A stretch of DNA of 64,000 nucleotides from Myxococcales bacterium (GCA_043747615.1 JAYTOU010000056.1:1-64000); one strand, 5' to 3'; numbered from the stretch's first letter, positions 36,566 through 46,721 are shown. Numbers and translations are program-made. Notes: a model not told the origin generated them from the sequence alone.

Positions 36566-37917
36566 GATGCAGGCTCCTCGGTAGCGCCCGAAAGCGCGCG
36601 CACCATACGGACGAACTCGTCTCCGCGGTGCTTGTAATCGCGGAACATGTCGAAGCTCGAGCACGCCGGAGACAGGAGAACGGCGTCCCCCTTCTTTGCG
36701 AACCGGAGGCTCTCGCTCACCGCTTCTTCCAGGGTGCTCACCACGTGCGCGGGCACCACGCTCCCCACCGCTTGTCGAATTCGCTCTGCCGCCTCGCCGA
36801 TCAGGATCACCGCCCGGCCTTTGTCGCGGAGCGCGGAGACGAGGGGCTCGTACGTTCCTCCCTTGTCGCGACCGCCGGCGATGAGGACCGCTTTGTCCTC
36901 GCGCAGGCCACGCAGGGCAGTCACCGACGCACCGACATTCGTTCCCTTCGAGTCGTCGTAGAAGCGCACGCCCCGGATTTCTCCTGCGAGAGCCATGCGG
37001 TGGGGGAGGCCGGTGAAGTGCTCGACGACGCTGGACGCCGTCGCGAAATCGATGCCAAATTCTCGGGCGGCGGCGATCGCGGCCGCAATGTTGAGGGCGT
37101 TGTGGCCCCCTTGAAGACCGAAGCGCGCGCGAGGAAAGCTGTGACCGAGGCGGCGATCGACGACCGCGTCGTTCGTCACGTCGATGTCTCCCTGCGGGCC
37201 AAACGTCATCACCCGACCGCGACCGCGCTTAGCCTGGCGGAGGCAGATGGGATCATCGACCGGTACGATCGCCGTGTCCTCTGCAGACTGGCGGACGAAC
37301 GCGTTGCCCTTAGCGTCGGCGTACGCGTCGAAGCTAGGGTAACGATCGAGGTGGTCGGCGGTGACGTTGAGGAGGATGCAGGCTCGCGGCTGAAAGTGCT
37401 GTAGCCGCTCCATCTGGAAGCTCGAGACCTCGAGGACGATGACGTCCCAGGGTTCGTCGACGTGGAGCGCGAGCGGCTCGCCGAGGTTGCCTCCGCGAAA
37501 AACACGCCGGCCATTTCCTTCGAGGAGATCGGCGACAAGGGTGGTGGTCGTGCTCTTGCCGTTGGTGCCGCCGACGGCGATGATCGGCACCTTTTTCGGG
37601 AGGCACTGGTAGGCGAGCTCGACCTCTCCGATCACGGAAACGCCCCTTTTTTCAGCCTTTTTCAGGGCTTCGAAGCTGGGCACACCGGGGGACATCACCA
37701 CCAGATCGGCCACGTCGAGGGCGCCCTCGGCGTGCCCACCAGCCGCGAGCTGGAGCCCGTCTTTCGCCATGGCCCGCACTTCGAGGGCGAGCTCCGACTC
37801 CTTCTTGGCGTCTGCTCCGGTGACCCGCGCCCCGCGCGAAAGACAAAGACGCGCCGCGGCGACTCCGCTCAGGCCGAGCCCAACGACGACAACGTTTTTT
37901 CCCTTTAGATCGAGCAA
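36562..37917 (-). CDS. murD: UDP-MurNAc-L-Ala--D-glutamate ligase
   Basis: GLGLSG, SPGVP, GTNGKSTTT, EVSSFQ, DHLDRY, DSKGTN, LLSPACSSFDMF. Confidence 0.97.
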   Translation of the reverse strand: MLDLKGKNVVVVGLGLSGVAAARLCLSRGARVTGADAKKESELALEVRAMAKDGLQLAAGGHAEGALDVADLVVMSPGVPSFEALKKAEKRGVSVIGEVELAYQCLPKKVPIIAVGGTNGKSTTTTLVADLLEGNGRRVFRGGNLGEPLALHVDEPWDVIVLEVSSFQMERLQHFQPRACILLNVTADHLDRYPSFDAYADAKGNAFVRQSAEDTAIVPVDDPICLRQAKRGRGRVMTFGPQGDIDVTNDAVVDRRLGHSFPRARFGLQGGHNALNIAAAIAAAREFGIDFATASSVVEHFTGLPHRMALAGEIRGVRFYDDSKGTNVGASVTALRGLREDKAVLIAGGRDKGGTYEPLVSALRDKGRAVILIGEAAERIRQAVGSVVPAHVVSTLEEAVSESLRFAKKGDAVLLSPACSSFDMFRDYKHRGDEFVRMVRALSGATEEPAS

Positions 37918-37928
37918 GTGCGGACCTT

Positions 37929-39077
37929 CTATCGCAGCTTCAAACTAGAAAGACTAAACAAGGCGAGGAGGACGGAAACGATCCAAAACCTCACGATAAT
38001 CTTTGGTTCTGGCCACCCCTTCTTTTCGTAATGATGGTGAATAGGAGCCATCAGGAAAATGCGCTTTCCGGTGGCCTTGAAATACGTAACTTGGATGATG
38101 ACACTCACCGCTTCGAGGAAGAAGACGCCGCCTAGAATTGCGGAAAGCATTTCGTTCTTGGTGAAGACCGCGCACATCCCCAGGCCGCCACCAAGGGCCA
38201 GCGAGCCCACGTCGCCCATGAAGACCTGGGCGGGGTAGGTGTTGTACCAAAGGAAGCCCATCCCCGCGCCGACCATGGCGCCGCAGTAGACGGAGAGCTC
38301 TCCCACGCTGGCGATGCCGGGAATGTCGAGGTAGCGGGCGACGACGAAGCGCTGCGAGACATTGGCGATACCGAGCGTTGCTCCCGCCAGGTAGGCCCAG
38401 AGCAAGTACGTCCCGCCGTTGATGATGACCGGACCAATCGCCAGGCCGTCGAGGCCGTCGGTGAGGTTCACGGCGTTCGACGTCCAGACCACCACGAGGA
38501 CGGTGAAAGGGATGTAGACAGCGAGCGGAAGAATGATGGGATGCTTCGCGAACGCTACGAAGGGAATCGCCAGATGCGCGCGGATCTCCCACCAGTCAGC
38601 GGGCACGTGTTCCTTCGCTAGAAACGCGTACGACAGGACTCCGCCGGCGATGATGAACTGCCCGAGGAGCTTGAAGCGGGCAGGCACTCCCTTGGAGTTC
38701 TTAGCTTTGATCTTCAGATAGTCATCGAGGTATCCGATGACACCGTAGCCGGCAGTTACAGCCGTTGTTGCCCAGACAAAAATATTACTGAGATCGCACC
38801 AAAGAATTGTTGGAACGAGAACAGAAAGAAGAATGAGTGCCCCGCCCATGGTGGGGGTTCCCGATTTGATCTTGTGGGTCGCAGGGCCGTCGGCCCGCAC
38901 CACTTGGCCAATTTGCTTCTTCTGAAGCTCGCGAATGAACCAAGGAGAAAGAGAAAACGAGATGAGCATGGCCGTCATCGTTGCCGCGATGATCCGGAAC
39001 GGAACGTAGCGAATGACGTTCAGCCAACCCAGCCAGGCGAACGAGTGACGAAGGGGGAAGAGGAATTCGAGGATCAC
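37929..39077 (-). CDS. mraY: Phospho-MurNAc-pentapeptide transferase
   Basis: KSGTPTMGG, DDYLK, NAVNLTDGLDGL, FMGDVGS, MAPIHHHYE. Confidence 0.98.
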   Translation of the reverse strand: MILEFLFPLRHSFAWLGWLNVIRYVPFRIIAATMTAMLISFSLSPWFIRELQKKQIGQVVRADGPATHKIKSGTPTMGGALILLSVLVPTILWCDLSNIFVWATTAVTAGYGVIGYLDDYLKIKAKNSKGVPARFKLLGQFIIAGGVLSYAFLAKEHVPADWWEIRAHLAIPFVAFAKHPIILPLAVYIPFTVLVVVWTSNAVNLTDGLDGLAIGPVIINGGTYLLWAYLAGATLGIANVSQRFVVARYLDIPGIASVGELSVYCGAMVGAGMGFLWYNTYPAQVFMGDVGSLALGGGLGMCAVFTKNEMLSAILGGVFFLEAVSVIIQVTYFKATGKRIFLMAPIHHHYEKKGWPEPKIIVRFWIVSVLLALFSLSSLKLR

Positions 39078-40537
39078 GGGCAGCCGCCTCTCGAGCGGAG
39101 CGCGTCGATCACCTTCTCGGTCATGACGCTCCGTGAGCCTTTCACGAGCACGACGTCCGTCGGCAGCACGTTTGCCCTCGCGAGGGAGGCAGCGTCATCC
39201 ACGTTTTTTCCCTTCATTACCTGGATCCCAGCGACGGCCGCGACATCCAGGGCACGGTCGATGAGCCCTCCGCATCCGATGGCAAGCGCGACCTTCGTGC
39301 GCGTGATGTCGGCGCCAAGCGTATCGTGAGACGACTCGGCGACTGCCCCGAGCTCCTTCATCTCCCCGAGGACGGCGACGCTTCGCCGCTTCGTCGCCCG
39401 CGCGAGCTCTTCGAGGGAGTCGAGCGCCGATTGCATGCTCGAAGGGTTTGCATTGTAGGAGTCGTCGATCACCAAGGTCCCGTCAGCGAGCGTCAGTGGA
39501 AATGCGCGCCCGGCTGTGGGCACGAGGGCTGTCATCGCCAGCTCGATCTCCGCGAGGGTGAAGGCGGTGCCGCGCGCTACCTCCGCCGCCGCGAGCGCCG
39601 CCGCGAAATCGATGGCCGCGCCTTCACCGAGGAGAGGAAGATCGATCTCCAGTTGCTCCCATCGTCGCTGGACGAGGACGTGCGCGCCCCATGAGTCTCC
39701 CGCGCTTCGAACGTGATGAGCGGCAATGCGGTAGTCGGCCGATGGGCTCCGACCAAAGGTGAACGTCGTTTCGCTGGGAGATCGAAAAACAGCTTCTTTT
39801 ACCGCTTCATCGTCGAGGTTTACGATCGCCGTGCCCTCCGGCGAGAGGGCTGCGAAGAGAGCGCCTTTTTCGCGCGCCACATCATTGAGCGTACCGCCGA
39901 CTCCCGCGGCGTGGGCCACACCGATGTTCGTGATCACGGCGACGTCGGGGCGGAGAATCTCCCCGAGCGCAGCGATCTCGCCAGGGACGCTCATCCCCAC
40001 TTCGATGACCGCGAAGACATGCCGTGGCTCGAGTCCGAAGAGAACCGCGGGAACCCCGATGCGGTTGTTCAGATTTCCGGCGGTCGCATGGGTCGGTGCC
40101 GTGCAAGCGAGGAGCGCGGCGCAGATCGCTTTGGTGGTGGTTTTTCCAGCGCTCCCGGTGATGGCGACGAGCATGGCTTCGGCATTGCGCCCGCGCCAGG
40201 CATCGAGGTGCGCGCGGCCGAGCGCACCCCAGGCGACGAGCGTGTCGTCCACTTCGACGATCGCGGCTCCAAGCGCGACTTCGGGGTCGAGCTTGCACCC
40301 CTTCTCGACGATGAGGAGGATGGCTCCGGCGCCGATCGCTGCCGCCAGGAAAGTGTGGCCGTCGAAGGTCTCACCCTTGAGTGCCACGAACGCCGAGCCA
40401 GGCACGACGGCGCGACTGTCGCTGAAAATACCGACAGCCTCCTCGCCCTGTCCCGCCCGCACGAGCACGCCGCGCGTCACCATTGCCGCATTTGTCGCGG
40501 TGATTCGTGCGCGGTTGGTAGGGATCGGGGTTGCCAT
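39074..40537 (-). CDS. murF: UDP-MurNAc-tripeptide--D-Ala-D-Ala ligase
   Basis: DSR, FDGHTF, ITGSAGKTTTK, NLNNRIGVP, DDSYNANP, LGEMKELG, VKGSR. Confidence 0.96.
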   Translation of the reverse strand: MATPIPTNRARITATNAAMVTRGVLVRAGQGEEAVGIFSDSRAVVPGSAFVALKGETFDGHTFLAAAIGAGAILLIVEKGCKLDPEVALGAAIVEVDDTLVAWGALGRAHLDAWRGRNAEAMLVAITGSAGKTTTKAICAALLACTAPTHATAGNLNNRIGVPAVLFGLEPRHVFAVIEVGMSVPGEIAALGEILRPDVAVITNIGVAHAAGVGGTLNDVAREKGALFAALSPEGTAIVNLDDEAVKEAVFRSPSETTFTFGRSPSADYRIAAHHVRSAGDSWGAHVLVQRRWEQLEIDLPLLGEGAAIDFAAALAAAEVARGTAFTLAEIELAMTALVPTAGRAFPLTLADGTLVIDDSYNANPSSMQSALDSLEELARATKRRSVAVLGEMKELGAVAESSHDTLGADITRTKVALAIGCGGLIDRALDVAAVAGIQVMKGKNVDDAASLARANVLPTDVVLVKGSRSVMTEKVIDALRSRGGCP

Positions 40538-42153
40538 CAGCGCGCTCCGCCACCGCGGCTCGCGAGCGCGCGACGAGCTTCGACGCGATCATCGAAGGGA
40601 AGTTTTTCGCTGCCGACGATCTGGTAGTCCTCGTGTCCCTTGCCCGCGATGAGGACGACGTCCCCCGCCGAGGCCTGACGAACGGCGATGCGGATGGCCT
40701 CGCTGCGATCGAGCTCGACGACGTACGAGCGAAACGCGTTCATGGTGCTGGAAACGTTCGGGGCGTTGAAGTGCCGCGCGCGTTGCATCCCTCGTGCGAC
40801 GAGAGCCGCTTCGATCGGCGCGGCAATCACTCTAGGATCTTCCGAGCGCGGGTTGTCGTTGGTGATCACGGCGACGTCTGCACCGAGGGCCACGGCCTCT
40901 CCCATCGGTCCGCGCTTCGTGGGATCGCGATCCCCGCCGCAGCCGAACACGCAGAAAATACGGCCTTTGGTGACGCTTCGCACGCTGGCGAGAACCCGCG
41001 CGAGAGCATCTGGGGTGTGGGCGTAGTCGACGAGGACGGTGATGTCGTCGCCCGGTCCGTCGCATCGCTCAAGGCGGCCCGGCGCGCCGTTCTCTTTTCC
41101 CATCGCCTCGCAGGCGCGGGCGACATCGAGTCCGAGAGCGTGGATCACCCCCACCGCTACGACGATATTTTCGAGGTTGTGCCGGCCAACGAGGAGAGAG
41201 CGAATGCGCATCGGCCCATCGGGTGTGCGGAGTGTGGCGTCGATGCCCCGCGCGTCGAGGGTCGCTTGCGTCGGCGCAATGTCGGCGAGCTCGCCGCGTT
41301 TGCCGATCTCCGCGCTCACCCGAACGACAGGAGAGCGCACGCGCTTAGCGAGCTCCGCACCGTAGGGGCTGTCCACGCAAATGACGGCGCCACCCGGCGC
41401 GTACGTCGTGAAAAGGGCCGCTTTTTCTGCTCCGTACGCTTCCATCGTTTTGTGGAAGTCGAGGTGGTCTTGGGTCAGATTCGTGAACGCAGCGACGCGA
41501 AAGCGCACGGCGCGGACCCGCCCGAGCGCGAGGGCAATCGAAGAGACCTCCATGGCCACGTGCGTCGCTCCGCGTTTGCGCATCATTGCCATCACCCGGG
41601 CGAGCTCGTCGGCCTCGGGTGTGGTGTGGGCGGCGTCGAGCCAGAAATTGCGAAAGGCGTGACCGACAGTGCCGATGGTTCCGCAAACCTCCGAGCCGGC
41701 CGCCCCGTCGATCGCCGCGCGAATGAGATGAGTCGTCGTCGTTTTTCCGTTGGTTCCGGTGACCCCCACCACTTCCAAGGAGAACGAGGGATGACCGTAG
41801 ATCGCCGCTGATGCGTGAGCGAAGCCGAAGGGAACGTCGTCCACGAGGAGCGCCGGTAGACCGAAGGTGGCCGCGTCATCGTGGCGCCCGGCGAGAATGG
41901 CGACCGCCCCCCGCTCCTTCGCTTGCTGTGCGAAACGCGCGCCGTCTGCGTTCTGACCTTTGCGCGCGACGAACAAATCGCCCGGCTCGACGCGCCGCGA
42001 GTCGTGATGCACTCCGTAGACGCGCATCGATGCATCGCCGAGCACCTCGGCACCTCCCGGGATCTCGCGAGCAAGCTCATCGAGGCGGAGCCCTTCGCGT
42101 GGACGGCACTCGGCAAACATCGCGCGACTAGCGTCGGTCATTTCTTTGGTCAT
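40537..42153 (-). CDS. murE: UDP-MurNAc-dipeptide--meso-DAP ligase
   Basis: GTNGKTTT, HTTP, MEVSS, NLTQDHLDFH, DYAHTPD, DAP-type DNPR motif, AGKGHE. Confidence 0.97.
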   Translation of the reverse strand: MTKEMTDASRAMFAECRPREGLRLDELAREIPGGAEVLGDASMRVYGVHHDSRRVEPGDLFVARKGQNADGARFAQQAKERGAVAILAGRHDDAATFGLPALLVDDVPFGFAHASAAIYGHPSFSLEVVGVTGTNGKTTTTHLIRAAIDGAAGSEVCGTIGTVGHAFRNFWLDAAHTTPEADELARVMAMMRKRGATHVAMEVSSIALALGRVRAVRFRVAAFTNLTQDHLDFHKTMEAYGAEKAALFTTYAPGGAVICVDSPYGAELAKRVRSPVVRVSAEIGKRGELADIAPTQATLDARGIDATLRTPDGPMRIRSLLVGRHNLENIVVAVGVIHALGLDVARACEAMGKENGAPGRLERCDGPGDDITVLVDYAHTPDALARVLASVRSVTKGRIFCVFGCGGDRDPTKRGPMGEAVALGADVAVITNDNPRSEDPRVIAAPIEAALVARGMQRARHFNAPNVSSTMNAFRSYVVELDRSEAIRIAVRQASAGDVVLIAGKGHEDYQIVGSEKLPFDDRVEARRALASRGGGAR

Positions 42154-44222
42154 GACGTCGGCTCGAAAACGAGGTGAATTTGGCTGCCTTTCGCGGCCGC
42201 CGCGCCTGCGGGCGGGCTCTGACGGACCAGGCGCCCTGAGCCTTCGATCTGGGGCACGAGGCCCGACGCTCCGATCAGCTTCGCGGCATCGCGAGCGGCG
42301 AGACCGGTCGCATCAGGCACGCGTACGGCGTCGGCCGGAAGAATCACACCGATGGTGTTCGGCAGCGGAGCGGTGACCACGGGTGGACGGAGGGCGGCCA
42401 TCGTCGCGTCGGCGAGATCGCGCGGTCGCGGGATCTGCGACAACTTCGGAGCGGGACCCGACGGCGTGACCCCGAGGTACCGCAGGCCTGCCTCCGCCAC
42501 TCGGCGAAATACAGGACCGGCGAGATCCCCGCCGTAATGTCCGATCATCGGCTCGTCGATGACCACCGCGATGACGAGGCGTGGGCGCTCCGCCGGCAAG
42601 AACCCAATGAAGGATGAGGTAAACATGTCCGGGGAATACTTTCCTGTCGCCGGATCGACACGTTGCGCCGTGCCCGTCTTGCCCGCCACGCGAAATCCAG
42701 GGACAGCAGCCTCGACGCCGGTACCACCCTCTTCGGTCACCGCGGTAAGCATCTCTGCGACCATCCTCGCAACGCCCGGTGGGACGACCTCACGCCGAAC
42801 GTGCGTCGTTCCTTCTCGAACCACATTTCCCCGGGAATCGGAGACTTTTCGCACGAGCACGGGCTCGAGAAGCCGGCCCCCGTTGGCGATCGCGCCGAGG
42901 CCCATTGCCAGCTGAATAGCAGTGACACTGATGCCTTGTCCGAACGAGGCGTTGGCCGTCTCGAGATCGAACCACGGCCTTCCCTTGGGACGGAGGACGC
43001 CGGCCGCTTCGCCAGGAAGAGGCAGTCCGGTGACTTCGCCGAATCCGAAACGACGAAGCGTAGAGTACAATCCTGCTTCTCCTAGATTCAAACCAATTTT
43101 CAGCGCGCCAATGTTCGAGCTCTTTGCCAAAATCTGGGTAGGGCTGAGCCAGTCATTGAGGTGTGTATCGTGGATGGGCACGCCGCTCATCGTGTAGGTG
43201 CCGTGCTCGCAGTAGATAGACTCGGTCGCCTTGAGCGTCCCCGCATTCAGAGCCGCGGCTACGGTGAAGACCTTCATGACCGAGCCGGGTTCGAAGCGAT
43301 CAGTGATCACGCGATCGCGACGAGACTCGACCTCCGAGGTGCCGTAGTCGTTCGGGTTGTAGCCAGGGGCTGAGGCGATGGCCAATAGCTCACCGGTGTT
43401 GGGGTCGAGCACGACGATCGAGATGCCCTTCGTTTCGTAGGTCTTTTGCGCGGCGTCTAGCTCGCGCTCGGCTACGTGCTGGATTCCTTCGTCGATCGTG
43501 AGCTGAACGTCGTGACCGGCGAGGGAATCCGCTTCGAGGTTGCTCTGCGAAAAGATGAGGTGACCGCCGCGATCGCGAAGGCCGCGCACTTCCTCGATGT
43601 GACCACGCAGATCTTCGTCTAGGGCTAGCTCGAGGCCATCCTTCCCCTCCCCGTCTGGCGAGACGAAGCCAAGGACCGGACCGGCCAGCTCGCGCCCCGG
43701 GTAATAGCGGTGCCCCTCACCTTCGAGATTCAGCCCTTTGATCGGTTTTATCTGTTTCTTCGCATCGCCAAGATCGCGAATCATAGCGCTTTCATCACCA
43801 TTGATTCTTCGTTTGATCCAAACGAATCTTCGTTTGGTAACGATCTTCGTATAAATCTCGAGGGCCGGCATCGTCAGGGCCTGGCCAATGCGGATCGACG
43901 CGTCCTTCAGCAGGGCCTCTTGGGCTGCTGGTGTGCTCTCAGCGCCGCGAAGCATCTCCACCACGTCGCAGCTGACGCTCGGAACGTCGACGCTCACCGC
44001 CAAGACGGATCCGTTTCGGTCGGTGATCGTTCCGCGCTTCGGCTCCACGTGAAGGCGTCTTTGCCGCTGTTTTTCTGCGGTTTCACGCCACACGAGACCG
44101 TCCTCGACCTGAACGCGGTAGGCGCTCGAGACGAAGCCACCGAGCCCGATTCCCATCAGTCCGCACAGGATCCCCATCCGCAGGCGAATCCACCGGGCGC
44201 GACGGGGGTCGAGGTTGATCAC
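42150..44222 (-). CDS. ftsI: Penicillin-binding protein 3 with C-terminal PASTA domain
   Basis: RGTITDRNG, R.YP, EPGSVMK (SxxK), SSN (SxN), KTGT, PASTA VPDATG. Confidence 0.95.
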   Translation of the reverse strand: MINLDPRRARWIRLRMGILCGLMGIGLGGFVSSAYRVQVEDGLVWRETAEKQRQRRLHVEPKRGTITDRNGSVLAVSVDVPSVSCDVVEMLRGAESTPAAQEALLKDASIRIGQALTMPALEIYTKIVTKRRFVWIKRRINGDESAMIRDLGDAKKQIKPIKGLNLEGEGHRYYPGRELAGPVLGFVSPDGEGKDGLELALDEDLRGHIEEVRGLRDRGGHLIFSQSNLEADSLAGHDVQLTIDEGIQHVAERELDAAQKTYETKGISIVVLDPNTGELLAIASAPGYNPNDYGTSEVESRRDRVITDRFEPGSVMKVFTVAAALNAGTLKATESIYCEHGTYTMSGVPIHDTHLNDWLSPTQILAKSSNIGALKIGLNLGEAGLYSTLRRFGFGEVTGLPLPGEAAGVLRPKGRPWFDLETANASFGQGISVTAIQLAMGLGAIANGGRLLEPVLVRKVSDSRGNVVREGTTHVRREVVPPGVARMVAEMLTAVTEEGGTGVEAAVPGFRVAGKTGTAQRVDPATGKYSPDMFTSSFIGFLPAERPRLVIAVVIDEPMIGHYGGDLAGPVFRRVAEAGLRYLGVTPSGPAPKLSQIPRPRDLADATMAALRPPVVTAPLPNTIGVILPADAVRVPDATGLAARDAAKLIGASGLVPQIEGSGRLVRQSPPAGAAAAKGSQIHLVFEPTS

Positions 44223-44545
44223 GGCGGCGTATTCCGGGCGAGCCCCGCGTGCTTCTCGTCGATCGCCGCGAGGGGTACGATGCGATCGGTGGCGGGGGCT
44301 TCCATCCCGAGCAGGGTGCGCGCGACGATCTCCACGCGCTCCGGGGTGCGGTAACTGGCCGACTCTACCTGAAGCACGCGCTTCACTTCGCGGAGCCGCG
44401 CTTGCTCGGAGCGGGCCCGTCCGAGCTCGTAGCCGAGGGAGATCGTCTTTCCCCGGAGGGCCAGATGGAGGACGAACGCGGACACGGTGGCGGTGATTGC
44501 GATCGTCCAGATCGCCACGAAAAAACGCTGTTTTCGTACGATCAT
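44219..44545 (-). CDS. ftsL: Cell division protein FtsL
   Basis: Short protein with one TM, LGYEL...L..E zipper and PERVE.VAR..LGM; lies between rsmH and ftsI. Confidence 0.85.
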   Translation of the reverse strand: MIVRKQRFFVAIWTIAITATVSAFVLHLALRGKTISLGYELGRARSEQARLREVKRVLQVESASYRTPERVEIVARTLLGMEAPATDRIVPLAAIDEKHAGLARNTPP

Positions 44546-45462
44546 TCGATCCACTCGTCTTCCGTCCCAGGCTCGACGTTTCGGTACGCTGCCCGGAGCT
44601 TCGCGCTCCTTGCGCGGGGGTTGGTGGCGATCTCCTCGTCGGAGGCGCCGATCGGCCTTTTCCAAAGCGGGCTCCACACGTCTCTTACCGAGAACGCGTG
44701 CTTCACCTGTCTGTCTTCCAGAGAATGGAAGCTGAGGATCGCGGCAACCCCGCCAGCCTTGACGATGGTGGGCAGAGCGGCGAGAAGCGCGTTGAGCTCG
44801 TCGAGCTCTCGGTTGACTGCGATTCGGAGAGCCTGAAAGGTGCGGGTGGCCGGATCGACGCCGCCGACGCGCACCGGACCGACGGCGCGAACGATGGCCC
44901 GGCGAAGATCAAGGGTGTGATGAAGCTCCCCCTCTTCGAGGGCGCGCTTGATGCTGCGGGTAATCCGACGCGAACGGCGCTCGTCGCCATAGCGGAAGAT
45001 CACGTCCGCGAGCTCCTCGTCGCTCATGCGATCGATCATCTCGAGCGCGGTCTCGCCGTTCTCCTGGTCCATCCGCATGTCGATGGGACCTTCGCGGCGA
45101 AAGCTCATTCCGCGGGCCGGATCGTCGAGCTGCGGAGAGCTGACCCCGAGGTCCGCGCAGACGCCATCGACTCGAGAAATTCCCATTCGATCGAGCTCTT
45201 CGCGCATACGGCCGAAGGGAGATTTGACGACCTCGGTGCGGTCGTGGAAACGTTCGAGACGCGCTTCGGCGGCGGCGATGGCTTCGCTGTCGCGATCGAA
45301 GGCGATGACCTTGGCCCCTGAGGCGGCTTCGAGAATGGCTTCGGCGTGCCCGCCACCCCCAAGCGTCGCGTCAACGTAGATCCCGCCGTCTTTTGGGGCG
45401 AGGGCCGCAACGATCTCGTCCTTCATCACCGTCGCGTGGACGAAGCTCTCCACCACGTTCAC
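44542..45462 (-). CDS. rsmH: 16S rRNA m4C1402 methyltransferase (alternative ATG start at 45543)
   Basis: HATVM, DATLGGGGH, DLGVSSPQLD, DMRMD, RTFQALRIAVN, SFHSLEDR, NPRARSAKLR. Confidence 0.96.
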   Translation of the reverse strand: MNVVESFVHATVMKDEIVAALAPKDGGIYVDATLGGGGHAEAILEAASGAKVIAFDRDSEAIAAAEARLERFHDRTEVVKSPFGRMREELDRMGISRVDGVCADLGVSSPQLDDPARGMSFRREGPIDMRMDQENGETALEMIDRMSDEELADVIFRYGDERRSRRITRSIKRALEEGELHHTLDLRRAIVRAVGPVRVGGVDPATRTFQALRIAVNRELDELNALLAALPTIVKAGGVAAILSFHSLEDRQVKHAFSVRDVWSPLWKRPIGASDEEIATNPRARSAKLRAAYRNVEPGTEDEWIE

Positions 45463-45539
45463 CTCTCCCTCGTCCTCACTCCACACCCACTCAACGTTCG
45501 CCGAGACCTCGAGGAGGCCGGGAAATGCGAGCTGCGAGC

Positions 45540-45983
45540 TCATAGTCCGAGCTCCGCAAGGCGGACGCTGATGTCGCGACGCTCGTCTTCCGTGGTCTCG
45601 AAGTGAGCACGCCAGGCCTGCTTGTCCCATAGCTCGGCGTATTTTCCGCTCCCCGCCCAGAGGACATCCTTGGCGAGGTGGGCGTGCTCACGGAGTGTCG
45701 GGGGAATGAGAATGCGGCCGGAGTCGTCGATCTCGCACTCGACGGCGCCCGACACGTAGATGCGCTTGAGCTTTTGCACCGCGCGATCGAACTGCGGGAG
45801 GCGGGCGAGCCGCTCTTCGAAAGCCGTCCATTCCTGGCTGGTGTAGGCGACGAGGCACGGGTCGAGCGCGCTCGTGAGGATGACCCGACGTTCACCGAGG
45901 GCGGCCAGCGCGTCGCGATAGCGCGCTGGAAGGCTCGTACGGCCTTTCGCGTCGATGGTGTGTTCGTATCGACCGCGAAACAT
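45540..45983 (-). CDS. mraZ: Transcriptional regulator MraZ
   Basis: MFRGRYEHTIDAKGRTSLP...DDSGRILIPPTLR...ELW. Confidence 0.97.
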   Translation of the reverse strand: MFRGRYEHTIDAKGRTSLPARYRDALAALGERRVILTSALDPCLVAYTSQEWTAFEERLARLPQFDRAVQKLKRIYVSGAVECEIDDSGRILIPPTLREHAHLAKDVLWAGSGKYAELWDKQAWRAHFETTEDERRDISVRLAELGL

Positions 45984-46021
45984 CGGCGCGCCCTCGGGTA
46001 CCCGGGAAGGTCCGGTTCCTG

Positions 46022-46058
46022 ACGTGGGAATGGCACTTCTTGCCACTTCTTCCCACGT
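46022..46058 (-). promoter_or_regulatory. MraZ operator (10-bp-period GTGG-like repeats) overlapping an inverted repeat
   Basis: Minus strand GTGGG-aagaa-GTGGC-aagaa-GTGCC; acgtgggaa (46022-46030) and ttcccacgt (46050-46058) form an inverted repeat. Confidence 0.75.
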
Positions 46059-46067
46059 GCATTGGAC

Positions 46068-46096
46068 ACGCTATGGAGATGCGATCGCACTGTCAA
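46068..46096 (-). promoter_or_regulatory. sigma70-type promoter of the dcw operon
   Basis: Minus strand TTGACA-17 nt-TAGCGT, immediately upstream of the MraZ repeats. Confidence 0.75.
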
Positions 46097-46199
46097 TAAT
46101 TGGGGGTGGAGCACGCCGTCTTTTCCGGATTTCTCGAGGATCCGAACATGGACAAACGAGCAGCTAATGTCCAGAAACGCTACTTCGTCGTGACGTAGG

Positions 46200-46690
46200 C
46201 GGGCCGCTCTCTGATGAAAGAGGGTGCCGTACGTCTCCGGGTAGTCGGTCGACGAGAGCTAGACGTCTTTCTTTCCGTCGGCGTCGAAGTCGAACATTGC
46301 GACGTCGAGATCGCCGCGTTTTCCGGGGTGCACGCGCCCGGATTGTCCTTGCGCCAGCAGCGGCCGAAGACCGTCGAGTGACTGAGTCTGCCGAGTCCGT
46401 CGCGCGAATCGAGGAGCCCACTGTCGGCGACGGCGTCGGCGAAGTGACCGTGGTGATTTATGAGCACGTGCTTCGTCGGCATGGGGAGAGGGTCGCGCGC
46501 GGAGGTGGCCCCGTGAACGACGAAGTCCACCTAGCCGTCGCCATCGAGATCTGCTGCGCTGACCCGGATCCCGTTGACCCCGGCGAAGCCGACCTCGTGC
46601 CTGACGTCCGTGAACCATTTCCCCAGGCTCCGGTCACCCCAAGGAGCGCGGGAGCCGCGAGGAGGACGACGACGATCCGTTGTCGACCCG
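46200..46690 (-). pseudogene. Degraded FG-GAP/VCBS (CRTAC1/ASPIC-UnbV-like) gene
   Basis: WFTDV...AADLDGDG*VDFVV...HVLINHHGHFAD...STVFG, then a frame change to VAMFDFDADGKKDV*LSSTDYPETYGTLFHQ. TAG stops at 46531-46533 and 46259-46261. Confidence 0.75.
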
Positions 46691-46721
46691 TCCAAACGTG
46701 CGTCCTTCGCAGGTGACGCTT

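Noticed and set aside
37929..39077. Lower-GC patches in mraY and ftsI as horizontal transfer
   Set aside because: The genes are collinear and tightly coupled in the dcw operon with no mobility signatures; composition was not quantified.
45463..45543. QLAF beta-clamp-like motif at the RsmH N-terminus
   Set aside because: It depends on the upstream ATG; a downstream GTG with a purine-rich RBS is at least as likely to be the true start.
46259..46533. Amber read-through or recoding at two in-frame TAGs
   Set aside because: The region also has frame changes and missing segments, and TAG is a normal stop for many intact genes here; pseudogenisation is simpler.
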